Below are positions 13,541-28,261 of a DNA stretch of 64,000 nt, in pieces. How positions within the stretch are numbered: position 1 is the stretch's first letter; every line of letters begins with the position of its first letter. The notes under the pieces were generated by a model. That model did not search any database. It was not told the DNA's origin and was given only the letters and a program-made list of their open reading frames with translations. The DNA is from Mobula hypostoma (lineage: Eukaryota), in assembly GCF_963921235.1 (NCBI RefSeq), contig NC_086107.1:109804001-109868000 (forward strand), given 5' to 3'. A program made the translations under genes and the position numbers.

Positions 13541-15049
13541 TTTTAAGGTGACTGGGGGAAAGTATAGGGGGATGCCAGAGGTGAGTTCTTTACACAGAGA
13601 GCGGTAGGAGAGCAGAACTCCTGCCAGGTGTGGTGGAAAAGGTAAATACAACAGGAACAATTTTAAAACTCTTCAATAGACATCAGGGATGTCTCAGAGT
13701 AGGATAAAAGGCCAGCACAACATTGTGAGCTGAAAGTCCTGTACTGTGCTGTAAGTTCATTGTTAATTTCTACACAGGAGTGCGATGCTACTGCAGCGCG
13801 GGGCGTCAAGTGTTCTGAGTTCAAATCCAGCACCCTCTGTAAGCAAGCTTGCATGTTCCTTCCCGTGGCGAAATGGGTTTCCTCCGGGGGCTCCGGTCTC
13901 CTTTGGGTGCTCCAGTCTCCTCCCACAGTTCAGAGATGTACCAGTTAGTAGATTAATTAGTCACTGTAAACTGCCCCCTGATTAGGCTAGGGTCGTATCG
14001 GTGGGTCCCAGCATGGCTCAAAGGGCCGGTTCCACACTGTATCTCAAAATAGAACTAAATAAATTTCAATGTCAATTCTTCATCTTCTTTCTGACATGTT
14101 GCAGCCTGCCGGACTTGATACTGAATTTTCCAACTTCAGGTAACTCACTTTCTCTGTGTCACATCTTGCCATTTCGACTGTAGTTCATACATCTGCAATA
14201 TTGTCTCAACATTTGCTCTTTCCACTTGTGCAGCCTGACGTTCCATAGCCCCCCACCCTCCATCAGCAACACATTTGTCCCTGTGATACACCAGGCGCAT
14301 TACCACCCAACGGCTGCCCCCCGGTGGCGCAGTGGTTAGCACGAGGCAGGGATCTCCAAGGGACTGTGGAGTTGGAGAGAACTGATACTGCCATTCAGAG
14401 AGACTCCAAAACAAATGTACAATATTCACTAATGCAAGGATATAAGAAGGAGCACTTCCACAGGAACGTAGCATCCATCATCAAAAAACCCATCATCTCT
14501 TCTCGCTGTTGCCATCAGGAAGAGGGTACAGGAGCTTCACGTCCCACACCAGCAGGGTCAAGAACAGTTATTATCCCTCAACCATCAGACACCCAAACCA
14601 GCGTGGATAACTTCACTCACCTCGACACCAAACTGATTCCACAACCAAAGGACTCACAAGAACTCTACAACTCACGTTGTGACTATCATTTATTTTAGAG
14701 ATTCAGCACAATTTGTCTTCATTTGCACACTGACTGTTTGTCAGCCTTCGTTTGAGTGTAGTTTTCCAATTATTCTATTGTATTTCTTTGTTCTAATGTG
14801 AATGCCCGCAAAAAAGTGAATCTCAGGGAAGTATATCTTGATGTACACGTACTTTATTTATTTAAAGATAACTGCACGAAACAGGCCCTTCTAGCTCGAT
14901 GAGCCACACTACCCAACAACCCAGCTACTTAATGCTAGCCTAATCGCAGGACAACTTATAATAGCCTATTAGCTTTCGGTATGTCTTTGGACTGTGGGCA
15001 CGGGGAGAACGTACAACGTACAAGCTCCTTACAGACTGTGCCCACATCG

Positions 15050-15290
15050 GGCAGCGCGGTAGCGTAGTGGTTAGCACAACGCTTTACAGTGCAGGTGATC
15101 CGGGTTCAAATCCTGCCTCTGCCTGTAAGGAGTTTGCACGTTCTCCCCGTGACTGTGTAGGTTTCCTCCAGGTTCTCCGGTTGGCAGATTAATTGGCCAT
15201 TGTAGGATGCCCTGTGATTAGGCCAGGATTAAATCGGTATATTGCTGGGTGGCGGGGTTCTAAGGGCCGGAAGGGCCTCCTCCACACTGT
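15050..15290 (+). mobile_element. tRNA-derived V-SINE-like element (representative of many copies, e.g. ~2852, 3782, 9775, 13790, 61510)
   Basis: A-box TAGCGTAGTGG, B-box GGTTCAAATCC, conserved core GGAGTTTGCACGTTCTCCCCGTGAC...GGTTTCCTCC. Confidence 0.75.
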
Positions 15291-17279
15291 AATAGCGTTG
15301 TGTGAAGCGCAACGTTATTGTGGTGCTTCCTTTGGTAATAAATGTACTTTGAACTTTGCAACAAATCCAATGGAGGAAACTCTCTACCTGCTCTGAGCTT
15401 TTCAGGCTGTCAATTTGATATCCATAAGCTCCACACTGTCCTCATTGTAATGTAACACCAATTCCACACCACCCCCCCCCCCCGTCCCCTCTCCAGCCAC
15501 CCACCACTCCCAAGGTTGCAGGACAATAGCAAAGCTATTACTTTCAGGATTGTGGAACCTGTGGTGGAGGCAGATACACTAGTGAAGTTTAAGAGACTAC
15601 TAGACAGGTATATGGAGGAATTTAAGGTGGGGGGGGTTATATGGAAGGCAGGGTTTGAGGGTCAGCACAACATTGTGGGCCGAAGGGCCTGTAATGTGCT
15701 GTGCTATTCTATGTTCTATTATTCCCACAGGGAATGCTAGAAGTGAAGAGCGAAGGTAGGATTAGGAAAAAGATGCTGGAAATCTGAAATGGAAATTTAG
15801 GGAAAAAAATGCTATAATCCTCAGCAGGTCAGGCAGCGTCTGTAGAGAGAGAATGAGAATTAATCTTTCAGCTGAGTGAGAATTAAGCTCTCATCACGGC
15901 GGAAAAGCCAGACCTGGAGAGATAACTGCTGCCCTCTCTGGAGGTGCTGCCTTTCCAGATCTACAGCGATTGACCGCAAGAAACCACTGTGGAAGGAGTT
16001 AACCTGCTCCTGTAAGGAGTCTGTACGTTCTCCCCATGACCGGGTGGGTTTCCTCCCACAGTCCGAAGACCTATCAGTTGGTAGGTTAATTGGTCATTGT
16101 AAATTGTCCCATAATTAGACGAGGTCCCATAATCAGGGGTTGCTGGGCAGTGCGGCTTGAAGGGCTAGAACTGTCGAGACAATGCTGTGTCCCAACACAT
16201 AAATAAATAGTAAATAATACATCACTAGATACATAGAGAGAAAGAGGGAGATAGAGAGAGAGGTAGTGGAGGGAGGAAAAGATGGCGCGACGCAGCACGC
16301 GCGGCCGTTCCGAATGATATCAATATGCATTAACTAGGGGCCGTGCACAATCCTGATTTGATGGAGACAGATGTGAGCACGGAGGAACATCTGGAGAAAC
16401 TTCTGCAATGCCCGCTTCGCTGCCGCTGCTGCTGTGCGATCGAGAATCTCTAGAGGGGAAGGCCCCAAATCCTCGGCTTTGCCTATTGCCTGTTGCCGGG
16501 GCCGGGGTCGAAGCGCTCGGCAGAGCTGGTCGGAGGCTCGGAGTTTTTGGACGGAGTCGGACTGTGGTCGGATGTTTCCAGGATGCTGCATCGGCAAGTT
16601 TGCGGTGCTGGAGGTTCACCGTCTGCGTGAGATGATGGGACTTTCGAGAGACTTTGAGACTTCACTGTGCCCATGGTCTGTTCTTATCAAATTACGGTAT
16701 TGCTTTGCACTGTTGTAACTATATGTTATAATTATGTGGTTTTTGTCAGTTTTTCAGTCAGTTTGTCATGTTTCTGTGATATCATTCTGGAAAAACATTG
16801 TATCATTTCTTAATGCATGCATTACTAAATGATAATAAAAGAGGACTGCATGTCCTCATAATCTAAAATGGATAGAGACAGAGAGGGAGAGAGAGATAAT
16901 GAATGAATTTCAGGGCTGTACATGGCGACATATATGTACTTTGATGAGGGTTTGCAGTAATTCTGTTTTTATTTTCAGTTTTAAGCAATGGTGGGTAAAC
17001 GTACAAGACAAAAAGGGACAATATGTTAATTATGTGCCTGTATGTAAGCGAGAGTATCTGTCATGTGTGTGTGTGTGTGTGTGTGTTGGGGGGGGAGAGA
17101 CTCACAGGAAGACTGAACATGAGTTTACATCTCCACATGTGAAGCATGGAGCAGATGGGCCGAATGGCTCTGTCTGGAGCAGCAAATAAACTCCACCAGC
17201 TCTCCCAGTTCACAGACCCAATGCAAGGAGCCTCCCATAAAAGGCCTAAAATCAATACAATCCCGCGCTCTTGCCGTAC

Positions 17280-17374
17280 CGTGTTAGGAGGTGCAGGTAG
17301 GGACACATGGTTGACATCCGCGACAGGGAGCTTCACCTCTTCCTCCTCATTGCTGCTGGCATCGGATTCCAGGT
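17280..17374 (-). CDS. IRF3: IRF3 exon 4 (acidic/proline linker)
   Basis: ttctttctccacag|AC CTG GAA... reads (D)LESDASSNEEEEVKLPVADVNHVSLPAPPNT, ending ACG|gtacgg. 95 nt, phase 1 to 0, compatible with exon 3. Confidence 0.8.
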
Positions 17375-20300
17375 CTGTGGAGAAAGAACACTGGAAATGC
17401 AGTGAAATGCAATTAAGGGTCAGAAGCTGACAAGTCTCAAATCCAGACGAGCAAGTGTGACAGTTACTCAGTCTCTGCTGCCCTCATAAGTTACAAGATT
17501 GTTTAACGTCGTTCCCTGAACACAAGTGTACGGAGAAGAAGATAATTGTTACTCTGGATCCAATACAGCATAAAAAACACTCAAAGAATAAAGAACATAG
17601 TAATATTAAAAAATACAATAAATATAAATACATAAGATAGCCTAGCACATAATTGTCGGCCCAGATCAGAGGCGATGCAATCGGCAATTGCCTCTGATCT
17701 GCGCCGACCTTTACGGGCCGGGCAGCACTTAATTTATTAGCGTGTTTATTTCAGCTTTTTTCTTAAAGACATGCTGGGTGCCTCCCGGCTACTGCTGCGT
17801 TCTTTGTGGCAATGTATCGGGTCGGCGGCCCGGAGGGTGGGGGCCACTGCACCACCCAGCCCGCGACGACTCAGTCTAACACACCATCATCAGTGAGCTC
17901 AGCGCTGTTTTCCCAATTCCGGTAAGTGATACTACACTGTACATACATTATTTCTACTTTATATAGGCTGTATATTTTTACGTGTTATTTGGTAGATTTG
18001 GCAGCTTCGTAGTTTAAAGGTTACTGGACAGCGCGTTTATACCAACAGCGCTTGCGTGAGATTTTCGCTACGGAGATCTGTGCAGGCAATCGTTGTACGG
18101 AAGTATTTCTACTTTATATAGGCTGTGTATTTATCATATCATCCCTGCTTTTACTATATGTTACTGTTATTTTAGGTTTTATGTGTTATTTGGCAAGATT
18201 TGGTAGGTTATTTTTGGGTCTGTGAACGCTCAGAAAACTTTTCCAAAAAGATACATGGTAATTGCTTCTTCGCTTTACGACATTTCGGCTTACGAACCGT
18301 TTCATAGGAACGCTCTACCTTCAGATGGCGGGGGAAACCTGTAATAAAGTAGTGGTGGAGTTAGTGGGTGGAGGTGTTGATCAGCTTTACCTCTTAGGGG
18401 GAAGGAACTATTTTTGAGTCTGGTGATGCTGATGTGAATGCTACACAAGACCACAAGACATTCGAGAAGAATTAGATCATTTGGCCCATCGACTCTGCTC
18501 CGCCATTTCATCATTGCTGATCCATTTTCCCTCTCAGCCCCAATCTCCTGCCTTCTCCCTGTAAGCCTTCATGCCCCGACCAATCAAGAATCTATCGACC
18601 TTTGCCTTAAATATACCCATTGACTTGGTCTACACAGCTGCCTGTGGCAACAAATTTCACAGATTCACCACTCTCTGGCTAAAGAAATTCTTCCTCATCT
18701 CTGCTCTAAAATGATGTCCCTTCTATTCTGAGGCTGTGTCCCCTGGTCCCAGACTACCCCAACAGAGGAAACATCCTCTCCTCAGCCACTCTATCAAGAC
18801 CTTTCACCCTTTGATAGATTTCAATTAGGTCACCCTCATTCTTCTGAATTCCTGTAAATTCAGGCTGAGAGCCATCAGACGCTCTTCACATGACAAACTG
18901 CTCAATCCTGGAATCATTTTCATGAACCTCCTCCAAACCCTTTCCAGTTTCAACACATCCTTTCTACGATCAAGAGCCCAAAACTGCTCCCAATACTCTG
19001 TGAGGCCTCGCATTGACAAGACATCTTTGCTTTTATATTCAGTCCTCTCAAAATGAATTCAGATTTTTAAATTTTCTCTCCACTTAAGAGAAGTCAACCC
19101 TTTCATTTCTTCTAGCAAAATACACTTCCCGACACTGTATTCCATCTGCCACTTCTTTGCCCATTTTCCTAATCTAAGTCCTTCTGTAGACTCTCTATTT
19201 CCTCAAAGCTACCTGCCCCTCCACCTATCTTGGTAACGTCTGCAAACTACAAAACTATTAATTCCAACATCCAAACCATTGACATATAACGTAAAAAGCA
19301 GCCCCAACACAGACCCCCATGGAACACCACTAGTTACCGGCCGCCAACGAGAAAAGGCTCCCTTTATTCCCACTCTTTGCCTCCAGCCAATCAGCCACCG
19401 CTTTATGCATGCTAGTATCTTTCCTTTAATACCATGGGATCTTAACATGTTAAGCAGCCTCCTTCCTAATGGGAGTAGGACGAACAGTACAGAATCACAG
19501 CAAAATTTGTCCTCACACCAGTCCTCAGTGAGAGGTCAGCTGTGCAAAGAATGAACAGCCATCTTGGGCATTAACATCTGGGGGGGATCTGTACTGGGCC
19601 CAACACATCGACCCAATCACAAAGGATGCAGGCCAGCAGCTCTAAGAAAGTTTGAGGAGATTTGGTATGTCACCAAAGATTCGTGCAATATCCACACTCA
19701 TACATTGGACTTCTCCGTGGATTGTCACCTTGTCGCGGTGGAGAAGCTTGTGTGGTCCTGTGATCCCGAGAGCCGTCTGGAGCTATGCTCCTGGTAGGGT
19801 CACCCATGGCGGTAAGATCGAGGGTGAGGTCCCTGACAAAGAACAATCCAACCAAGACCTCAACGGAGGAACAGGTGGACGAAGTTACTTGGAACTCAAC
19901 GGCTGTGAAGGCGGATGATGGCTGCAACAAATCCATCAGCTCCAATCGTCGTGGTTTCCATGCCATTGGAATTAGTTGGTTGATTTGTGAAGTATCGTGT
20001 GCTTCTTGGAGTGCAACATCAAGTACACGTTAAACAAATACACGGACAGGCGTCTTCGCTCTGTGGGCCACTTCTTCAGAACGAAGACCATCATCCTTGA
20101 CCTCGAGGGATAGCCACGATGACAACGACATTGGAGAGCACCCTAACCGAATGCATCACAACCTTGTATGGAGCCTCCAACGCACAGGATCACCAACAGC
20201 TGCAGAGGGTTGTAGATTCAGCCAGTTCCATCACGGGTACGACCCTCCCCACCATCAAGGACGTCTTCAAAAGGCAGTGCCTCAAGGCCCTCCCCCTGCA

Positions 20301-20579
20301 GGGCATGCCCTTTTCTCATTACTACCACAACGAAAAGGTACAGGAGCCTGAAGACTCACACCAACAGTTCAGGAACAGCTTCTTCCCCTCTGCATGTTCC
20401 ATGAAAACTGCCTACTCCCATCGACTTGTACCCAGACCATAGCCCTCCAAACCCCTGCCATCCATGTACCTATCCAAGCTTCTCTTAAACTATGAAACTG
20501 AGCTCCCATAGAACAACCAATCTAATGTTACCAATAATAAAACTGAATCTCTCTCTCATTCAGTAACCTAAGGTTATTT

Positions 20580-21032
20580 AGTTTCTCCCCTTCCTGTGTT
20601 TCTCTCTTATCCCATTTCTGTCCATAAAAGAGAGGGAGATCCTGCTTCATTTCTCTCCACCTCCTTCACTCACTCTAGCCCCGCTCTGAACCTCCCTCTG
20701 TCTCAACATTATCCCTCTCCCTCCATTCCCCTCTCCCCATCTCTTTCACTTCCTGTTCCTCCCTCACCCTCTCCCCATCCCTCTCTCAACCTGTTCCTCT
20801 CTCCCCATTTCTCCCTCTGCATCTCGCCTTCGCCCCGCCGTTCCTCTCTCCCAAACCTCCCTCAACCCGTCACCATCCCCTTTTCCCTCATTGTCATACT
20901 CTTCCTGTTCCTGCCTCCCCTGTAATCCCTCTCTCTGTTCCACTCTCCCCCCATTCCTCTCTCCATTTCCCCCATCTGCCTTTCACCTCCTCGCTCTCTC
21001 TCTCTCTCCCCCTCTCCCTCTCCCTCTCTCTT

Positions 21033-21076
<44 letters not shown>

Positions 21077-21078
21077 AG
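20580..21078. repeat. Polypyrimidine / (CT)n low-complexity tract
   Basis: Almost purely C/T on the + strand, ending in (CT)n. Confidence 0.9.
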
Positions 21079-23125
21079 CATCAGCACCCCACCCTTCCAA
21101 GCTCTGGTATGCCGTGTATTTTCAGACGGACGTGGAAGTTCCAAACGGACAGATCTCCTCGCTCAAGTTTCTGGACGTGCACACCATCCATTCTCAGGCA
21201 AAGAGCTCTCTGGGGGTGCCACCGTTTACCACAGTGGTAGTAGAAATAGAGGCAACACAATCAGGGACAAAGAACCCTCCCCCCAACCCCCGGGCAGTGA
21301 CCAGGACAACCTTTTCCCCACCACGTCCATAGGCTCTTTTAATCTCTCAGTCGTGACCATAAGACATAGGAGCAGAATTAGGCCATTCAGCTCATCGAGT
21401 CTGCTCTGCCATTCCATCACGGTTGATCCTGGATCCCTCTCAATCCCATACACCTGCCTTCTCGCCATATCCTTTGGTGCCCCAACTGATCAGGAAACTG
21501 ACCTGAGCCTGCATGATGCTTGGGATTGTTCTGCCTCCCACTCTCACACTCTATTCTCATCCCTCCCCGTCTCCCCCTCCAAACTTACCATCATTCTCAA
21601 TGTTGCCACAATGATCCATCCCGTACCGCAAGATGCTACTTATTAGATTAGATTCAACTTTATTGTCATTGTGCCGAGTACAGATACAAAGCCAATGAAA
21701 TGCATTTAGTATCTGACCAGAAGTGCAAAGAATAGTGTTATTTACAAAATAACTGTGAATAAAAAGTAAGTGCTACAGCACACAAATATGAAAGTACTGA
21801 GACAGTACAATATGGGTGCAATACTGCTTAGCGCTGTGATGTGAGGTTCAGCAGGGTCACAGCCTCAGGGAAGAAGCTCTTCCTGTGCCTGCTGGTGCGG
21901 GAGCGGAGGCTCCTGTAGCATCTACCGGATATGAGAGTAAAAATTATTAGAGCATGAGGTCTTGCAAATCCAAAGCAACACAGACAAAATGCTGGAGGAA
22001 CTAGGGAAGTGGTCTCTTCCAAAAGAAAAGGGACTTCCTCTACTTTTCCTTTTGTGAAGGACAGAAGGCCAGAGGTTCAGAAGATGACCAGGTGAGTGTT
22101 TTTAAAAGGATACAAGATATATAGAAACGATAACAGGGTGTCGGGGAGCGGGGGTAGTTTGGTCTGGCCGAGGTGGGATGTCCCGTTATTACAAAAGAAT
22201 TAGAATTCCATTTGAAATCTCGTTTTGCCATTACCAGTGACAAGACAGGTGTTAGTAGATTCTGCTCAGGTTTAGACTGGGCAGATGATGTCAGTTTAAT
22301 GTGTGATGTAATGGAAGGCGAGGTTTCAAATGGTATCAGTGAATTTCAAAACGGTACTGCGGCCAGCCGGGACAGCCTGGCTCTGGCTGATAGTTGTATT
22401 TCTTCAGATGTTGGTGGGTGGCTTAGTAAGTCTGCAAATGATATAGAGATTGGTGCTGTCGTGGAGAGCATACAAGGCTGGCAAAGAACATAGCAGGGTA
22501 TGAATCGCTTGCAAATATGGGCAAAGAATCGGCAGATGGAGTTTAACCTGGTCAAATGTGAAGTGTTGCACCTTGGTAGATCAAACGTAAAGAGACAGTC
22601 CACTGACTCTTAACAGTGCTGACGAGCAGAGGGATCTTCAGGTCCAAGTTCATGGCTCATGGCTAGTAGTTCAGAAAGCATATGGCATGCTTGCCTTTAT
22701 TAATTGAGGCACTGAATTTAAAAGTCAGGAAGTGGAACCGGAAGAGAGGGAGAGGGGGTGAAGTAGATTGATGATTGGTTCTCCTCCTTCCCTTTCTTCC
22801 ATGGTCTACTGTCCTCTCCTACCAGATTCCCCCTTCTCCAGCTCTTTATCTCTTCCACCAATCAACTTCCCAGCTCTTTACTTCACCCCTCCCCCTCTCC
22901 CAGTTTCACCTATCACCTTCCACCTTGTACTTCTTCCTCCCCACCCCCAGCTTCTCACTCTGACTTCTTCCTTCCTTTCCAGTCCTGAAGAAGGGTCCTG
23001 GCCTGAAAATTCGACCATTTATTCTTTTCCATAGACGCTGCCCGACCTGCTGAGTATTTTGAGCAACATACATCAAAGTTGCTGGTGAACACAGCAGGCC
23101 AGGCAGCATCTATAGGAAGAGGTGC

Positions 23126-23161
23126 AGTCGACGTTTCAGGCTGAGACCCTTCGTCAGGACT
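23126..23161 (-). ncRNA. Minimal hammerhead motif, sense to IRF3 intron 3
   Basis: AGUCCUGACGAAGGGUCUCAGCCUGAAACGUCGACU; core intact. Confidence 0.6.
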
Positions 23162-24097
23162 AACTGAAGGAAGAGTGAGTAAGAGCACCTCTTCCTATAG
23201 GTGCTGCTTGGCCTGCTGCGTTCACCCGCAACTTTGATGTATGTTGCTTGAATTTCCAGCATCTGCAGAATTCCTGTTGTTTGCTGAGTATTTTGTATGT
23301 GTTGCTCTGAATTTCCAGCAACTGCAGAATCTCTTGTGTTTATATCTAACAGTCTGGGGGTCAGTACCCGCAGATAGAACAACAATTACTCTGGACAACC
23401 ACTGGAATGACGTCGACCACTGAGACAAGGCCACTTTTGAGCTCACACAATGAAATGATTAAGACTTAGGAACGATACGCAAGGGTGAACATGACCAGAC
23501 AGAGATGCAAAGAGATTCTGTAGATGTTGAAAATCTTCAGCAGCACACACAAAATGCTGGAGGAACTCAGCAGGTCAGGCAGCATCTATGGAGGGGAATA
23601 AACAGTCGACGATTTGGGCTGGCAGCTCTCTCAGCCCAGAATATCAACTGTTTATTTCCCTCCACGGATGCTGTCTGACCTGCTGAGTTCCCCCAGCATT
23701 CTGGGCGTGTTGCCCAGTGGGAGGATTTTGCTCGTGGATGCAGTATTCCTGTACTGTCAGTTCAAAACTCCCGGGAAAAAAAAAAGGTTAATTCATGGCT
23801 TTCTTATCCCTGCAACTGTTTAATATTTTGGGAAGCCCCTCTTGGTGTTGGATGTGCACAAAATAATTCAGAACCCTTGATCATGAAACGTTGATACATT
23901 GCACCCACAGGCATCCATCACTGAAAACAAGCTCCACCGCCTACTAATCAGATTTTTTCAATATGTGATTTTAAAAAAAAGTCAAATATGATTGCTGGAC
24001 ACGTCAGGTGATGTTCATGATATCACACTACCACCACTACTCAAGACACTGGAGTAAGACAGAGCATGGGTTTTAAATACTGCCAAACCAAATACAG

Positions 24098-24622
24098 AGT
24101 GGCCACTTTATTAGGTACCTGTATATCTGCTCGTTAATGCAAATATCTAATCAGCCAATCATGTGGCAGCAACTCAATGCATTAAAGCATACAGACATGG
24201 TCAAGAGCTTCAGAGTAGACATCAGAATGGGGAAGAAGTATGATCTAAGGGACTTTTGAGTATGGAATGATAGTTGGTGCTATCATTCTCAGTCTGGTAT
24301 CTCAGAAACAGCTATCTTCTGGGATTCTCATGTACACAGACTCTAGAGTTTACAGAGAATGGTGTGAAAACAAAAAAAAACATCCAGTGAGCAGCAGTTC
24401 TGTGGGGAAATGAATGCCTTGTTAACGAGAGAGGTCAGAGGAGAATGGCCAGACTGGTTCAAGCTGACAGGAAGGCGACAGCAACTCAAGTAACCACACG
24501 TTACAACAGTGGTGTGCAGAAGAGCGTCTCTGAATGGATGGGCTTCACCAGCAGACCACGAACAAATGCCCAGTGGCCACTTTATTAGGTACAGGAGTTA
24601 CTTAATACAGTGGCCACTGAGT
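24098..24622. mobile_element. Non-autonomous Tc1-like element (representative; other copies ~830-1100, 34105-34625, 35475-36015, 46090-47680, 61760-61970)
   Basis: Shared terminal motif AGTGGCCACTTTATTAGGTAC; residual 'MIVGARWGGLSISETADLLG' transposase N-terminal HTH-like text in related copies. Confidence 0.75.
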
Positions 24623-25818
24623 AAATGAACAAACAGGGAGCTATCTGTCTTTCAGTATTAGATATCTGTGTAGATCACTTGGAAGTAGCACTTGGGTGAT
24701 AAGCAACACACACAAAGTGCTGGTGGATTGCAAACCAAGAATGCAGTTAGTCCTGCGAAGGGTCTCAGCCCGAAACGTCGACTGTACTTCTTCCTAGAGA
24801 TGCTGCCTGGCCTGCTGCATTCCACCAGCATTTTGTGTGTGTTGCTTGAATTTCCATCATCTGCAGATTTCCTCGTACTTGGGTGATAACATTGCTTAAG
24901 AAAATAATTTCATTTGAAACTATCCACTTCAATCACACCAGCATCTCGGAGTCAAACCCAGATATAATAAACTTCATACAAGGAGATTAGGCTTAGAGGA
25001 CTTGGAGATACAGGGCTTGTTTTGCTGTTGTTGTTTTGTTGCTTGTTAGGGCGTATTCTGGAGTTATGATATATAGCAAATATTAATTTCAACAGCAATC
25101 AGTCATCAGATCTGAACATGGACTGTAGACTGAGTTTAAGTGCAGCTCAGGACATGTTTTTTTTTGGAGCTGCAGAATGGGGGTTGATTGCAAACCAAGA
25201 AACACCCCATTAACCTGAGATGTCTGCATATGCATGAAAGCAGCCCAGAGTCAGTGGCGCTTCACATTTGTTTTGGGTGTCTGAGTGTTTGTGTGAAGAT
25301 CTATGTGTTTGAAAATTAACACACACAAAATGCCAGAGGAACTCAGCAGGTCAGGAAGCATCTATGGAAAAGATGCTGATACTTCATACTTTATTGCCGC
25401 CAAACAATTGATACCAGAACGTACAATCATCACAGCGATACTTGATTCGACAGATGCTGCCTGACCTGCTGAGTTCCTCCAGCACATTGTGTGTATTGCT
25501 TTGGATTCCCATCAGCAGCAGATTTTCTTGTACTTGTGTTTTTAAATTATATGTAATTCAAAGGATACGTTGTAACTATAGAATTGTTCTGCAGTTACCT
25601 GTGATCTTTAACACATAAAAAAATCATGTAATATCGGGTCAGGGGGCCTCTTCTAAGAGTATCTCCAGTATGATACCTGCTTGTTTTGCTGAATAAAGAC
25701 TTCGATATCACCAGCTTGAGTGTCTCTCCAGTGACTTCATTCACAGTCACAGCCGTAGCCGTGCTCTGCTGGCACCAGAATGTGTGGCGGCACTTGTGGG
25801 TTGCCCCAGAACATCCTC

Positions 25819-26507
25819 TTCTTCTTATTCTACTATTTCTGGCTGTTTAGACGCATCTAGGCGTATCACAGCCCTCCGCAGGATGTATAATTAATCACAG
25901 AACTTCAAGGGACTCAAATTCTCGAATACAACCTAGTCTCACGTATAAACTGAACAATAGACTCTTCAATCAGACGTTGATTCTCTTGATGGCCAAACAA
26001 AGATTGAATAGAAAACCAAAATAAATTTAAGCCAGATAGCCTCTTGAACAACATGCTTCTTTCAATTTTGTATCGATTACAGCTCATCAAAACATGCTGG
26101 ACTGTCTCTGGACTACCACGGTCACATAATCCAGTAGGATGTTTTCCCATTATCTTTAAATAATAATTTAGCCCACAATGCCCCAACCTAAGTCTTGTAA
26201 ATTTCACCATACCTCTACGACTTAAAAGGTAACAGTCTGAGACCTTTTTAACTAGTGCGTGACTAGAAAAATAATGCCTGCCCCTTAATTCATTTTTCCA
26301 ATCCTCCTGCCACTTCTTCTCTATACCTTTTTTAATCCTACTTCTCAATTCTGCTCTGCCTAGAGGAACTCTAATTTCTACTTGCCTGCTCTGTAAGGAA
26401 GACTTTGCAATGCCATCCACAATTTCATTTCCCTCCACCTCAGCATGCCCAGGTATCCATGAAAATCTAACTGCACAACCCATCTTCCCTACTCTAAACA
26501 ACACTTT
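25819..26507 (-). mobile_element. RNase H-bearing I/Nimb-type LINE 3' fragment, copy 1
   Basis: Near-identical to the 46.4-kb copy; TSD CAGAACA(T/C)CCTC at 25807-25818 and 26508-26519. Confidence 0.85.
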
Positions 26508-28224
26508 CAGAACACCCTCGAATGTGTTGGTTGTTAATGCAAACGACACATTTCATTGTGTGTTTCACTTCGGTACAGATGAGTGACAATAAGTAATTTT
26601 GAATCTTGCAGTAAATAAATTTGAATCTGGAGAAGAAAATGAAAATATTGCCTCATTGTTATTTTGCTTGTGATTTAACTTTGCTATGCCTGATGCCTGC
26701 TTGTATTTTTATATAATCACACACACACATATAGTAATTACAGTAGAGTTGCTTCTGTATTTTTCTGTAAGGTTCCAAGCTTTCCTGGCGATTTTCGTTT
26801 TTATTTATTTACTGAGACACAGTGTGGAGTAGACCATTTGAACAGCACTGCCCAGCAACCCCCCAGTTCACCCCGAGCCTAATCACAGTGACCGACTAAC
26901 CTACTAAACGGTACGTCTTCAGACTGTGCGAGCAAACCCACGCGGTCACAGGGAAAACGTACAAACTCCTCACGGGCAGTGTCGGGAATTGAACCCGGGT
27001 CGCCTGTACTGTGAAGCGTTGTGCTGACCATTACGCTGCTGTGCTGCCCGGTTAGTTGTTACCGATGGAATTTTGTTTATCTCTGGCACAGTATAGAAGA
27101 CCACAACTACTGGACTGGATTTTATTTATGTTTTTTAAAGCAACCATCCCTAAGGATATTCCGACAAAAACATCAGTATCTTTGATCTTTCAGTACAAAG
27201 AGGTGGAAGAAAGCAGGGATAAAGCAGTCCATTTAATAACAGAGGTATCATCCCAACATTAATCTCTCCTGGTAATCTTTTTTCTCATTCCCCCACCCCC
27301 TGCTCTTCTTCCATTCCCCATTCTGGCCTCTACTCCTCACCTGCCTATCAGCTCCCCCGTAACCCTCCTCCTTCCCTTTCTCCCATGGTCCACTCTCCTC
27401 TCCTATCAGATCCCTTCTTTTCCAGCCCTTTACCTCTCCCACACCTATCACCTTCTAGCTCGTTCTCTTCCCTCCCCCACCTTTTTATTCTGGCATCTTC
27501 CCCCTTCTTTCTCAGTCCTGCAGAAGGGTCTCAGGCCAAAACGTCGACTGTTTATTCATTTTCATAGATGCTGCCTGACCTGCTGAGTTCCTCCGGCATT
27601 TTGTGTGCGTTGCTCTGGATTTCCAACATCTGCAGAACCTCTTGCGTCTACCATCAACTCCTGCCTTCAAATAGGCCCTCCTGACCCTTCAAGCCGCACC
27701 CCCCGATTTAACCCTGGCCTAATTGTGGGACAAGTTACAAAGACCAATTAACCCACCAACCAGTACGTCTTTGCACGGTGGGAGGAAACCCACGCGGTCA
27801 CGGGGAGAACGTACAAACTCAAGGGCAGCGGCAGGAATTGAACCTGTGTCGCTGGTACTGTAAAGTCTGAGACACAGAAGAGATTCTGCAGATCCTGTGA
27901 GCAACACACACAAAATGCTGGGGGGACCTGGCAGGCCTTTCTAATCAAGCAGGATAACACCTCAGCCTGTCAGAGAATTGTCTCCGTGATTAAATAGCGC
28001 TAGGGTATGTTTTGCCTGAGAGAGGATCCGAACACTGGATATGTTGACGACATGATTCCGTTCAACCGAGGAATGTGCCCTCTTGTTGAAGGGGAATGAG
28101 CTTTAGATAAACTCCCTGTGTCTCGTTAACAACGATGGAGAGAATAGCTTCGCACAGTACCGTCAAACACTGTTCCTGAGCCGATACTCTCATTGTCCCA
28201 CTGCACTGGTCGCTACCATCAGAT

Positions 28225-28261
28225 TTTTGACACACAAAACGTTTGGACAAAGTGTTTTAAT
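28225..28261 (-). terminator. Poly(A) signal of the intronic terminal exon
   Basis: Minus strand reads ...gacaaATTAAAacactttgtccaaacgttttgtgtgtc: ATTAAA (28256-28261) followed by a GU-rich element, ~185 nt after the stop codon. Confidence 0.65.

Noticed and set aside
15050..15125. tRNA gene
   Set aside because: A/B boxes run straight into a multi-copy SINE core; no full cloverleaf.
20891..21646. 251-aa ORF
   Set aside because: Runs through a (CT)n microsatellite and a CR1 tail; low-complexity artefact.
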